Source of the DNA: Longimicrobiales bacterium
GTDB taxonomy: Bacteria; Gemmatimonadota; Gemmatimonadetes; Longimicrobiales; Gaopeijiaceae
DNA: 64,000 bases
Assembly (NCBI GenBank): GCA_963664435.2
Contig: CAXXKM010000002.1
Location: 704,001 to 768,000 of the forward strand
Direction: 5' to 3'
Shown: positions 8,668 through 17,875 of the stretch, in pieces
How the letters are laid out: each line of letters starts with the position of its first letter
How positions within the stretch are numbered: position 1 is the first letter of the stretch
Notes under the pieces: generated by a model
What the model saw: the letters and a program-made list of their open reading frames with translations, nothing else
What the model was told of the DNA's origin: nothing
The model's database searches: none
Position numbers and translations under genes: made by a program

Positions 8668-10290
8668 CTATCCGAGCGAGGGCGCGAAGGTCGGCGCCCG
8701 GCGGTGCTGCGTGGCCTGCTCGAAGGCGTAGGCGATGCGGATCAGCACGGGCTCGCTCCACGCGCGTCCGAAGAAGGAGACGCCCGCCGGCAGCCCCGAC
8801 ACGAACCCCATGGGCACGCTTATGTCCGGGTACCCCGCGATGGCGGCCGGCCCGGCGCTGCTCCCGCCGTCCAGGCGGTCCCCCTTGATGTGGTCGGTGG
8901 TCCAGGGGAGGTCGCGTGTGGGAGCCACGATGGCGTCCAGCTGGTGCTCGTTCATCAGGGCATCGATGCCCTCTTCCCGGTTGCCGAGCTGGATGGTGCG
9001 CACCGCGTTCAGGTAGACCTCGTCAGTGAGGGGGCCGCGCGCCTGTGACGCGATCATGCGCTGCTGGCCGAAGTACGGCATCTCCAGCTCGGCATTCTGC
9101 TCGTTGAACTCGATGATCTCCGCCAGCGTGCGCATCGGCGCGTCCGGTCCCAGCGTCGCCAGGTAGGCGTTTAAGTCGGCCTTGAACTCGTATTCAAGAA
9201 CGATGAGGGGGAGTTCGTCTCTCCAGTTGGCCACGGGGAGGTTGGCGGGGTCCACGATCACGGCGCCCGCGTCCCGCATCGCCAGGATGGCATCCTCGAA
9301 GAGCGCCATGACGCGCGGATCGAAGCCGGTGAAGGAGCGCGCCACGCCGATGCGGGCTCCCTGGAGGCCGGCGGGGTCGAGAAAGCGGGTGTAGTCGGTC
9401 TGGAAGTTCCCTTCGCTGCGGGAGGTGGCCTCGTCGCGCGGGTCGACCCCCACGGCTCCCCCCAGGAGGATGGCGGCGTCGCGCACCGTGCGGGTCATGG
9501 GCCCCGCGGTATCCTGGGAGTGGGAGATGGGGATGATGCCGGAGCGGCTCCACAGGCCCACCGTGGGCTTGATGCCCACAATGCCGTTGCTGGAGGAGGG
9601 GCACATGATGGAGCCGCCGGTCTCGGTGCCGACGGTGAGGGCGCACAGGCTGGCCGACGCCGCCACCCCGGATCCGGAGCTGGAGCCGCAGGGGTTGCGG
9701 TTGAGGGCGTAGGGGTTCACGCATTGACCGCCGCGCGCGCTCCAGCCGCTGGTGGCCCGCTCGCCCCGGAAGTAGGCCCACTCGCTCATGTTGGCCTTGC
9801 CCAGCAGGATGGCTCCCGCGGCGCGCAGGCGCTCGGCCACGAAGGAGTCGCGCGGCGGGATGGATCCCTCGAGCGCGAGCGACCCGGCCGTGGTGGTCAT
9901 GCGGTCATGGGTGTCGAGGTTGTCCTTGAGGGCGACCGGGATCCCGTGCAGCGGCCCGCGCGCCCCGTTGGCGCGGCGCTCGGCGTCGAGTTCGTCGGCG
10001 ATCTCGAGCGCGTCCGGGTTGATTTCGATCATCGAGCGCAGTTCCGGGCCCTGCCGGTCCATGGCCTCGATGCGATCGATGTATGCCTGCGCGATGGAGC
10101 GCGCGGTGTGCTCCCCCGACTCCATCATGCGCTGCAGGTCGTCGACCGTGACTTCGTCGAACTCGAAGGGTGGGACCTCGCTTCCACCGGAGGCGGCGGG
10201 CGCATCGGGGGCGGGCGGCGAACACGCGGAGGTCATCGCCAGGCCCGCGCTGCCGGCTGCTGTCGTGCCAATGAATGTTCTACGGTCCAT
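8668..10290 (-). CDS. Amidase signature family protein, Tat (lipo)protein
   Basis: MDRRTFIG twin-arginine; LHGIPVALKDN, GSSSGSG, GTETGGSI. Confidence 0.92.
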   Translation of the reverse strand: MDRRTFIGTTAAGSAGLAMTSACSPPAPDAPAASGGSEVPPFEFDEVTVDDLQRMMESGEHTARSIAQAYIDRIEAMDRQGPELRSMIEINPDALEIADELDAERRANGARGPLHGIPVALKDNLDTHDRMTTTAGSLALEGSIPPRDSFVAERLRAAGAILLGKANMSEWAYFRGERATSGWSARGGQCVNPYALNRNPCGSSSGSGVAASASLCALTVGTETGGSIMCPSSSNGIVGIKPTVGLWSRSGIIPISHSQDTAGPMTRTVRDAAILLGGAVGVDPRDEATSRSEGNFQTDYTRFLDPAGLQGARIGVARSFTGFDPRVMALFEDAILAMRDAGAVIVDPANLPVANWRDELPLIVLEYEFKADLNAYLATLGPDAPMRTLAEIIEFNEQNAELEMPYFGQQRMIASQARGPLTDEVYLNAVRTIQLGNREEGIDALMNEHQLDAIVAPTRDLPWTTDHIKGDRLDGGSSAGPAAIAGYPDISVPMGFVSGLPAGVSFFGRAWSEPVLIRIAYAFEQATQHRRAPTFAPSLG

Positions 10291-10480
10291 TCTCGATCTC
10301 CTCGTCGGTGGCTGGCGTTGGCGCGTGGCGTTGGAAGCCGCCCGGGAAACGGGACGGGCCGGCCCCGAGGCCGGGATTACCCCCGGTCCAGGCCCGGCCG
10401 CGTCGCCGATGGATGTCGCGTCTGGGTGTGTTCCTCCGCCCGCCGCTCGCGACCCGGCGGCGGCTGGCGGACACTCGCCG

Positions 10481-12268
10481 CTATCGGTTTCCGATCCTCT
10501 CCTCGATGAGGCGCGCGGTGCGTTCGGCGCGGGCGTCGGAAATCTGGCGTGCGACCTCGAGCGACGCGCCCAGATCGGCGATCGAGACCCCGTTGATGAC
10601 CGCCTGTCCCGTCTTCACGCGTTCGGCCCAGCGCACCGAGGCCGGGTCGTCGAGCATCATGTTCAGCGTAATTCCGGGGCTGTCGTGCAGCCCGTCGCGC
10701 GGCATGTCGTCGGTTACGATGCCCAGGTCGCGCAGCACGTTGGGCGTGCCCGGCGGGGTCCGGTAGTACTCCGGGATGAAGTGGACGGCCGCCTCATCGC
10801 CCCAGGCCTGGTTCAGCGCGTTGGCCACGTTGTCCATGCCGCGCTGGTTGCCGCCGCTGTCGCCGATCAGGACGATGTTCTCGAAGCCGTGCATCTTCAG
10901 GCTGTGGGCAACGTCGGTCAGCACCGCCTCGAAGGTCTCCTGGCGCAGGCTGATGGTGCCCGGGCTGGTCATGTGGCCGCTGGGCGGCTCGATGTTGCCT
11001 TCGGGAACGGTCTCGATCACGGGGGCGCAAAGCGCGTTGCCGAGCTTCTTCGCGATCGCGGGGCAGTTGGCGCGCAGCACGTAGTTGTGCTTGCCGGTGA
11101 CCAGCCAGGGGCCGTTGGGCTCCACGCCGCCGGTCGAGATGATGGCCGTCGTCTTGCCGCCGGCGAGCGCGTCGCGGACGTCCATCCACGTCATCTCCTC
11201 GATCCAGAGCGTGCTCGTCTCGGGGAGCGGGTTGGGGGTGTCCGCGCAGTTGTAGGTGTTGGCGCGGCAGTCGCCTCCGCCCATGGAGCGCGGATCGGGT
11301 TCCGGGCGCTGCGCCGGCCCACCACCGGCGGCCCGCATGGCCTCGAAGCGGGCACGCATCGCGGACCGGTCGGGCGCGGGCAGGGTGCCCCGGTTGGCGA
11401 TGGCCTTGCGGATGGCGTCCGAGGTGTGTTCGGCGCGGAACTCCACGACCTCGCGGGCCCACTCGAGCGACTGGACCCGGTCCTCGAGGGAGACGCCGTT
11501 GATGGTCGCCTTGCCCGCCGCCACCCGCTCCTCGTAGCGCACCGAGAAGGGGTCGTCGTACAACATGTTCAGGGTGATGATCGGGTCGTCGTGCAGCCCG
11601 TCGCCTTCGCCGTCCTCGAGCCCCCGGAAGGCCATGTAGCGGGTTACGGAGTTGTAGTCGTAGTACTCCTGCACGTGCGCCACGACGGCGGCGCCCGCGA
11701 ACTGTTCGTTGAGCTTCTCGGCCACGGCGCGCTGACCGCCCTGATTCCCGCCGCTGTCGCCGATGAAGATGATGTTGCGGAAGCCGTGCATCTTCAGGCT
11801 GTGCGCGACATCGGTGAGCAGCGCCTCGAAGGTCTCCTGCTGCAGGCTGAGGGTGCCGGGGCTGGTCATGTGGCCGCTGGGCGGGTCGATGCTGCCCTCG
11901 GGCACCAGCTTGATGATCGGAGCGCACAGGGCATCGCCCAGCTCCCGGGCGATGGCGTCGCAGTTGGCGCGCAGCACGAAGTTGTGCTTGCCGGTGGCCA
12001 GCCAGGGGCCGTTGGGCTCGACGCCACCGGTCGGGATGATGGCCGTGGTCTTGCCGTCGGCGAGGGCGTCGCGGACGTCCATCCACGTCATCTCCTCGAT
12101 CCACACCGTGTTCGCCGCGGGAAGCGGGTTGGGCGTGTCGCGGCAGTTGTAGACGTTGGCGGCGCAGTCACCGCCGCCCATGCTGTTCGGATCGCGCTCG
12201 GGGCGCTGCTGGGCCATGGCGGCGGTCGAGGTGAGGAGCAGGGCTCCGGCGAGCAGGGCGGTCTTCAT
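10481..12268 (-). CDS. Exported protein with two tandem creatininase-fold domains
   Basis: ATG 12268 (MKTALLAGALLLTSTAAMAQ) with ggagga RBS; two copies of SMGGGDCxxNxYNCxDTPNPLP-WIEEMTWMDVRD-TGGVEPNGP-TGKHN-GHMTSPGT-IGDSGGN-DGLHD. Confidence 0.87.
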   Translation of the reverse strand: MKTALLAGALLLTSTAAMAQQRPERDPNSMGGGDCAANVYNCRDTPNPLPAANTVWIEEMTWMDVRDALADGKTTAIIPTGGVEPNGPWLATGKHNFVLRANCDAIARELGDALCAPIIKLVPEGSIDPPSGHMTSPGTLSLQQETFEALLTDVAHSLKMHGFRNIIFIGDSGGNQGGQRAVAEKLNEQFAGAAVVAHVQEYYDYNSVTRYMAFRGLEDGEGDGLHDDPIITLNMLYDDPFSVRYEERVAAGKATINGVSLEDRVQSLEWAREVVEFRAEHTSDAIRKAIANRGTLPAPDRSAMRARFEAMRAAGGGPAQRPEPDPRSMGGGDCRANTYNCADTPNPLPETSTLWIEEMTWMDVRDALAGGKTTAIISTGGVEPNGPWLVTGKHNYVLRANCPAIAKKLGNALCAPVIETVPEGNIEPPSGHMTSPGTISLRQETFEAVLTDVAHSLKMHGFENIVLIGDSGGNQRGMDNVANALNQAWGDEAAVHFIPEYYRTPPGTPNVLRDLGIVTDDMPRDGLHDSPGITLNMMLDDPASVRWAERVKTGQAVINGVSIADLGASLEVARQISDARAERTARLIEERIGNR

Positions 12269-12435
12269 GATCCTTCCTCCTGGTTCCGATGGGTGCACGA
12301 GCATGAACGAACCGCGTGCACGCAGAAGCACATCGTACATCATGGGTGGTTTCGGTGCGAGTTCCCCGCGTAACCAGGGACAGGGGAAAACCGCATAACG
12401 TTCGTTGGTGGCCCGTCGGGAGACGGATCGTCGGA

Positions 12436-13608
12436 TCACCCCTCGTGAATCTCCGCCGCGGCGCGGAGACCCGACTCGAGTGCGCCGTTCATCCATCCGC
12501 GCGCACCGGAAAGGTGCTCGCCCGCGAAATGGATCGGCCCCTCGGGCAAGGCGAGCGCGCTGCCGAGTTCGCGATCCTGGTCCGGCGTGGGCTCGGCCCA
12601 GGCGCCCCGGCTCCAGCGGTCCTGCTGCCAGGAGTGGGATGTGCCGGAGGCGAAGTGGCTGGAGGCACCCGGAAGGAGCGGTTCCCAGTGGGAGAGCACG
12701 CGGGCGACGCGGGCGGGGTCGTCCAGTCCATCGAGTTCCCGGGCGCGCGCGCCGCGGACGTAGGTAAGCAGGACGCCTTCGGGGCCGGCGGTATCCCAGG
12801 TGGGATGCCAGAGTTCTTCCGGCCAATCGGTCGTCCCCCACCCGTTCAGTCCTTCGGCCTCCCAGAACCGCGTCCGGAAGCGGACGAAGACCCGGGTCGC
12901 GCTCTGGTAGCGGAAGCCGCCACCCATCGCCTCGGATTTCGCAGCCGAGAGGGCCGGCGAGAAGTGGATGTTCGAGAGAAGCGGCACCGGGACGGTCACG
13001 AGCACACGGTCCGACTCCCGGGTCCGGCCGTCCATGGAAGTGGTGCGGACCGGGGTGCCCGCCGTGATGTCGACTACGGGCGATCCCAGGACCACCCGCT
13101 CGCCCAGCGCTGATCGGAAGGCGTCGGGAAGGCGATCGCTCCCGCCGTGGATCTTGACGTAATCCGGGCGCTCGGAAAGGAAGGAGGATGCGGGAACGAT
13201 TGCCCGATCTCCGCTTCGGACTTGAAGATAGAGCCCGTCGTCGGGGTAGAGGCGGTCCAGCTCCAGCCCGAAGTGGCGGGCGTATCCGAGGGTCAGGCCG
13301 TGTTCGGGGGGGATGCGCGCGGCGCCCGCCTCGGCCGATTGCCCGGGCGCGAACGGGGTGCGCAGCGTCAGCACCCGCCCGCCGACGCGGTCACGGGCTT
13401 CCAGCACGGTCACGTCGTGGCCTGCCCGGACGAGTTCGTAGGCCGCGCCGAGGCCGGAAATGCCGGCGCCGACCACGACGACGCGCAGAGGCCGGGCCGC
13501 GGGGGTCAGTACTCCGGGCGATTCCTCCGGCCCGACGAGATCCGTGCAGGAGACCAGGCCGAGCCCCGCCAGGCCGCCGGCGCGGAGAAGGAAGTCGCGT
13601 CGATTCAT
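12436..13608 (-). CDS. Flavin-containing amine/amino-acid oxidase family protein, Tat lipoprotein, unusually short
   Basis: MNRRDFLL...[48 protein letters not shown]. Confidence 0.85.
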   Translation of the reverse strand: MNRRDFLLRAGGLAGLGLVSCTDLVGPEESPGVLTPAARPLRVVVVGAGISGLGAAYELVRAGHDVTVLEARDRVGGRVLTLRTPFAPGQSAEAGAARIPPEHGLTLGYARHFGLELDRLYPDDGLYLQVRSGDRAIVPASSFLSERPDYVKIHGGSDRLPDAFRSALGERVVLGSPVVDITAGTPVRTTSMDGRTRESDRVLVTVPVPLLSNIHFSPALSAAKSEAMGGGFRYQSATRVFVRFRTRFWEAEGLNGWGTTDWPEELWHPTWDTAGPEGVLLTYVRGARARELDGLDDPARVARVLSHWEPLLPGASSHFASGTSHSWQQDRWSRGAWAEPTPDQDRELGSALALPEGPIHFAGEHLSGARGWMNGALESGLRAAAEIHEG

Positions 13609-13699
13609 GCGTTGCATCTGCGCTCTATGCGCGTTCACTTCATGAGTTCCGCCGCTCGCCGTCCGTTTCGTCCGCGAACTCCCTCCAGGAAGACATCAG

Positions 13700-16600
13700 A
13701 TGCACAGCTGTCGCCTCCTTCCGCTCGCTCGGGCAGTCCTCCTCGCTCTCGGCTTCGCCGGCGTCTCGTCCATCGCCCCGCAAGGTGCGCAGGCTCAGGA
13801 GCCTCCGGCCGCGGAAAACGACGACGACACCCCTGAGAACGAGGACCTTCCCCTCCCCGTCGACCGGACCGTTTCCATCGACATGACGGAGGGCAGCTGG
13901 ATCTCGCTGGACGTCAGCCCCGATGGACAGACCATCGTCTTCGACTTCCTGGGCGACCTCTTCACCATCCCCATCGAGGGCGGCACCGCGACCCGGCTCA
14001 CCTCCGGAATGGCCTTCGACGCCCAGCCGCGCTTCTCGCCGGACGGGACGCGCATCGTCTACACCTCGGACTACGACGGGGGCCAGAACGTCTGGATCAT
14101 GTCGCTGGACGGCTCGGACACGGTGCAGGTGTCCCGCGGCGCCTCGAACCGCACCGAATCGCCCGAGTGGATGCCGGACGGGGACTACGTGGTCGCGGCG
14201 GTGGGCAACTTCCGGGGCGGGAATCTGCCCAAGCTCAAGATGTTCCACGTGGACGGCGGCGGCGGCATCGAACTGGTCTCCGAGCCCGACAACATGAAGG
14301 TGACCGGGCCGGCGGTCTCACCCGACGGACGCCACGTGTGGTACGCGCGCCGTACCGGCGACTGGCAGTACAATGCACAGTTCCCGCAGTACCAGCTCGA
14401 GGCCTACGACCGCGAGGACGGCGAACGCTACCCAAAGTCGTCGCGCTACGGTTCGGCGGTGCGGCCCACGCTCTCGCCCGACGGACGCTGGCTGGTGTTC
14501 GGGACCCGCCACGACGACCAGACCGGGCTCCTGATCCGCGACCTGGAGACGAGCGAGGAGCGCTGGCTCGCGCATCCGGTGCAGCACGACGACCAGGAGT
14601 CGCGGGCGACGCTGGATGTCCTGCCGGGCATGTCCTTCACACCGGATTCGCGCTTCCTGGTGGTTTCCTACGGGGGCAGGATGTGGAAGCTGCCGGTCGA
14701 AGGGGGGGACGCCGAGGAGATTCCGTTCCGGGTGCAGATGGAGCTGACGCTGGGGCCGCGGGTCGATTTCGACTACCCCATCGAGGACACGCCCACCTTC
14801 ACCGTGCGCCAGATTCGCGACGCGGTGCCGTCGCCCGACGGCGGGATGCTCGCGTTCACCGCACTCGACCGGCTTTGGGTTTCCGACGCTGATGGCTCCA
14901 ACGCGAGGCGGATCACCGATGCCGACCGCTCCGAGCACTTCCCGGCCTGGTCGCCGGACGGGGAGTGGATCGCCTACTCGACGTGGGACGGTGAGGTGGG
15001 GCACATGTACAAGTCCCGGGCGGACGGCGGGGGGGATCCGGAGCGCCTGACCAGCGAGCCCGCGGCCTACTTCTCTCCCGCGTGGGGGCCGGGCAACCGC
15101 CTGGTTGCGCTGAGGGGCTTCATCCGCGCCTACGAAAGCCAGGGCGAGGCCGGTACCCCCGGTAACGAGATCGTCCTGGTGTCGACGGAGCCCGACGGCG
15201 ATGACGGAGGCCCCGTGACCGTGATCGCGCCAAGCGACGGGCGGCGCGACCTGCACTTCGTGGAGGGCGAAGAGGACCGCATTCATATGTTCCGCCCGCC
15301 CGACCTGCTGGTGTCGATCCGGTGGGACGGCAGCGACGAGAAGGAGCACGTGCGGGTGCGGGGCGCCACCCTGACCGGAGCGACCCAGGGACTCGCGCCC
15401 ACGACCGTGCAGATGGCGCCGCGCGGGGACCAGGCGCTGGTGGAGCTTCAGCGCGAGATCTACAGCGTGACCGTGCCCCGGATCGGGATCACGCCCACCA
15501 TCAACGTCTCCAACCCGGACAACGCGGCCTTCCCGGCGCGCCAGCTGACCGACATCGGCGGCGAGTTCCCGGCCTGGAGCGGCGACGGCCGCTCGGTGCA
15601 CTGGTCGCTGGGCAACGCGCACTTCATCTACGACCTGGATGCCGCCGAAGCGTTCGAGGACAGCGTTGCGGCAGCGGAAGAATCGGAGGAGGAAGAAGAG
15701 GAGGAGGCGGAAGAGGAAGCCGGGGAGCAGGAGGAAGCGGAGGACGAAGACGACGAAGAGTACCAAGCGGCGGAGTTCCGGGTGCTCATCGATGCGCCCC
15801 GTGACATCCCCGAGGGCCTGGCCGTGCTGCGGGGCGCGCGCGCGATCACCATGAACGGCGACGAGGTCATCGAAAACGCCGACATCGTGGTGCGCGACAA
15901 CCGGATCGAGGCGGTGGGCGCGAGCGGGTCGGTGATGGTACCGGAGGGCGCGACCGTGATCGACGTGTCCGGCCGCACCATCGTGCCCGGATACGTGGAC
16001 ACGCACGCCCACCTGCGGGCGCGCGACCAGCTGCACCGGACCGACGTGTGGCCCTACCTGGCCAACCTGGCCTACGGCGTGACCACCACCCGCGACCCCC
16101 AGACCGGCAACACCGAGGTGCTCTCGTACGCCGACATGGTGCGCACCGGGTCGATCCTCGGGCCGCGCGTCTACTCGACGGGTCCGGGCGTCTTCTGGCA
16201 GGACCAGATCGACACGGCCGAGGAGGCGCACGACGTCCTGAAGCGGTATTCCGACTACTTCGACACCAAGACCATCAAGATGTACGTGGCCGCCGCCCGA
16301 AAGGGCCGCCAGCACATCATCATGGCCGCGCGCGAGCTGGGGCTCATGCCCACCACCGAGGGCTCGCTCAACATCCGCCAGAACCTGACCGAGACCATCG
16401 ACGGATATCCGGGCCTCGAGCATTCGATCCCGATCTTCCCGGTGTACGACGACTACGTCCGCCTGTTCGCCGAAACCGGCCGGGTCTACACCCCGACGCT
16501 GCTGGTCTCGTACGGCGGTCCCTGGGCGGAGAACTACTTCTACAGCCGCGAGAACCCGCACGACGACGCCAAGCTTCGGCGCTTCACCCCGCATGACGAG

Positions 16601-17068
16601 ATCGACAGCCGGACCCTGCGCCGCCCGCAGTGGTTCCGCGGCGACCAGCACACCTTCTCGCGCCACGGCGAGTTCGTGAAGGACCTCGTCGAGGGCGGAG
16701 GCAAGGCGGGCGTCGGCAGCCACGGCCAGCTCCAGGGGCTCGGGTACCACTGGGAACTGTGGGCGATGGCGGCCGCGGACATGGACGAGCACGACGCGCT
16801 GCGCACGGCCACCATCTTCGGGGCCGAGGCGATCGGGCTGGACCAGGACCTGGGCACCATCGAGGCCGGCAAACTGGCCGACCTGGTCATCCTGGAGGGC
16901 AACCCGCTCGACGACCTGCGCAACACCAACACCGTGGACCGGGTGATGCTCAACGGCCGCCTGTACGATGGCGACACGCTGGACGAGGTCTATCCGCGCG
17001 AGCGGCCGCTGGCGCCGCTCTGGTGGTGGGACGACGAGCCGGAGGGGGTGCCGGGGGTGGGGCGGTAG
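13700..17068 (+). CDS. Exported amidohydrolase with N-terminal TolB/PD40 beta-propeller repeats
   Basis: Repeated SPDG/PxFSPDG blades; PGYVDTHAH, GVTTTRDP, GSHGQLQG, GTIEAGKLADLVIL; acidic linker between domains. Confidence 0.9.
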   Translation: MHSCRLLPLARAVLLALGFAGVSSIAPQGAQAQEPPAAENDDDTPENEDLPLPVDRTVSIDMTEGSWISLDVSPDGQTIVFDFLGDLFTIPIEGGTATRLTSGMAFDAQPRFSPDGTRIVYTSDYDGGQNVWIMSLDGSDTVQVSRGASNRTESPEWMPDGDYVVAAVGNFRGGNLPKLKMFHVDGGGGIELVSEPDNMKVTGPAVSPDGRHVWYARRTGDWQYNAQFPQYQLEAYDREDGERYPKSSRYGSAVRPTLSPDGRWLVFGTRHDDQTGLLIRDLETSEERWLAHPVQHDDQESRATLDVLPGMSFTPDSRFLVVSYGGRMWKLPVEGGDAEEIPFRVQMELTLGPRVDFDYPIEDTPTFTVRQIRDAVPSPDGGMLAFTALDRLWVSDADGSNARRITDADRSEHFPAWSPDGEWIAYSTWDGEVGHMYKSRADGGGDPERLTSEPAAYFSPAWGPGNRLVALRGFIRAYESQGEAGTPGNEIVLVSTEPDGDDGGPVTVIAPSDGRRDLHFVEGEEDRIHMFRPPDLLVSIRWDGSDEKEHVRVRGATLTGATQGLAPTTVQMAPRGDQALVELQREIYSVTVPRIGITPTINVSNPDNAAFPARQLTDIGGEFPAWSGDGRSVHWSLGNAHFIYDLDAAEAFEDSVAAAEESEEEEEEEAEEEAGEQEEAEDEDDEEYQAAEFRVLIDAPRDIPEGLAVLRGARAITMNGDEVIENADIVVRDNRIEAVGASGSVMVPEGATVIDVSGRTIVPGYVDTHAHLRARDQLHRTDVWPYLANLAYGVTTTRDPQTGNTEVLSYADMVRTGSILGPRVYSTGPGVFWQDQIDTAEEAHDVLKRYSDYFDTKTIKMYVAAARKGRQHIIMAARELGLMPTTEGSLNIRQNLTETIDGYPGLEHSIPIFPVYDDYVRLFAETGRVYTPTLLVSYGGPWAENYFYSRENPHDDAKLRRFTPHDEIDSRTLRRPQWFRGDQHTFSRHGEFVKDLVEGGGKAGVGSHGQLQGLGYHWELWAMAAADMDEHDALRTATIFGAEAIGLDQDLGTIEAGKLADLVILEGNPLDDLRNTNTVDRVMLNGRLYDGDTLDEVYPRERPLAPLWWWDDEPEGVPGVGR

Positions 17069-17139
17069 GAGCAGGACGTCCGGCTGGAGTCCGTGCGTCG
17101 GACCCTGGCGGGCCAATCGGGAAAGGGGTCTGTTGGCCC

Positions 17140-17733
17140 CTAACCCTTTTGCTTCTCCATCCAGCGCATCGGCGGAATGACCTTGCCGGCGGCGCACGAC
17201 TCGATGAGGATCCCCAGCCGGCGCAGGCGCGTCTCCTCCCGCTTGGCGCCGACCACCCAGCGGGTTACGTGCTTGCGGTACGAGGGTGTCGCGTTCCTGA
17301 AGTACGCCCATGCGCCCGGCCGCGCCTTGATCAGGCGCTCGTACGCTGCCGGCATCACCACGGCATCCCTCGCGCCCGGTTGCTCGTCCTTGGCGGGGTC
17401 GCGCCTTCGATATGCGGCGAGTCCGGGTTCAGCCACGACCCCCTGCGCGAGGAGCAATTCCATGCGCGCGAGGTTGCGCGCGCTCCAGCGGCTGCGCTTC
17501 CGGCGCGGGGTGAAGCGGATCTTGTAGGCCTTGTCGTCGACCGAGCGCTTCAGCCCGTCGATCCAGCCGTAGCAGAGGGCCAGGTCAACCGATTCGGGCA
17601 CGGTGACGCTGGGCAGCTTCGTTGCCTTCTTGTAGTAGCCCACCCACATCACGTCGACCTTGTCATGGTTCGCCTCGAACCAGGCGCGCAGGTCGGCCGG
17701 GGTGGGAAAGAAGTGGGGGGTGGCGTCTTCCAT
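17140..17733 (-). CDS. YdeI/OmpD-associated family protein
   Basis: LRAWFEANH, ALCYGWIDG, RFTPRRKRSRWS, AKREETRLRR. Confidence 0.88.
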   Translation of the reverse strand: MEDATPHFFPTPADLRAWFEANHDKVDVMWVGYYKKATKLPSVTVPESVDLALCYGWIDGLKRSVDDKAYKIRFTPRRKRSRWSARNLARMELLLAQGVVAEPGLAAYRRRDPAKDEQPGARDAVVMPAAYERLIKARPGAWAYFRNATPSYRKHVTRWVVGAKREETRLRRLGILIESCAAGKVIPPMRWMEKQKG

Positions 17734-17760
17734 TGGGATGTCCGATTCCGACCGAGCGAC

Positions 17761-17791
17761 TGATTACGTAAATTACGTATTTTGTGTAATT
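17761..17791. promoter_or_regulatory. AT-rich element with nested direct and inverted repeats upstream of the YdeI-like gene
   Basis: attacgta twice (17763-17770, 17772-17779) and aattac-N9-gtaatt (17771-17791), about 30 nt upstream of the ATG. Confidence 0.4.
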
Positions 17792-17875
17792 GGGCCGAAA
17801 GGCAACGCAGAGCAACACGATCCAACGAGGATGCATCGCCGCTCGAATGGCGGGAGGAGTTTGGCCACGAGCTCC

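Noticed and set aside
12269..12841. N-terminal extensions given by the ORF track (also 19606, 30433, 40498, 42153, 52414, 54987, 57788, 59575)
   Set aside because: They run into neighbouring genes; downstream starts with RBS, signal peptides or stop/start overlaps fit better.
15670..15765. Poly-Glu/Asp tract in the PD40-amidohydrolase
   Set aside because: A low-complexity interdomain linker; no evidence of a separate function.
14318..17311. Very long antisense or alternate-frame ORFs (e.g. 14318-17311, 9788-12373, 23946-26519, 59890-62514, 2290-4206)
   Set aside because: They overlap well-supported genes, are Arg/Gly/Pro-rich without motifs, and are expected shadows of high-GC codon bias.
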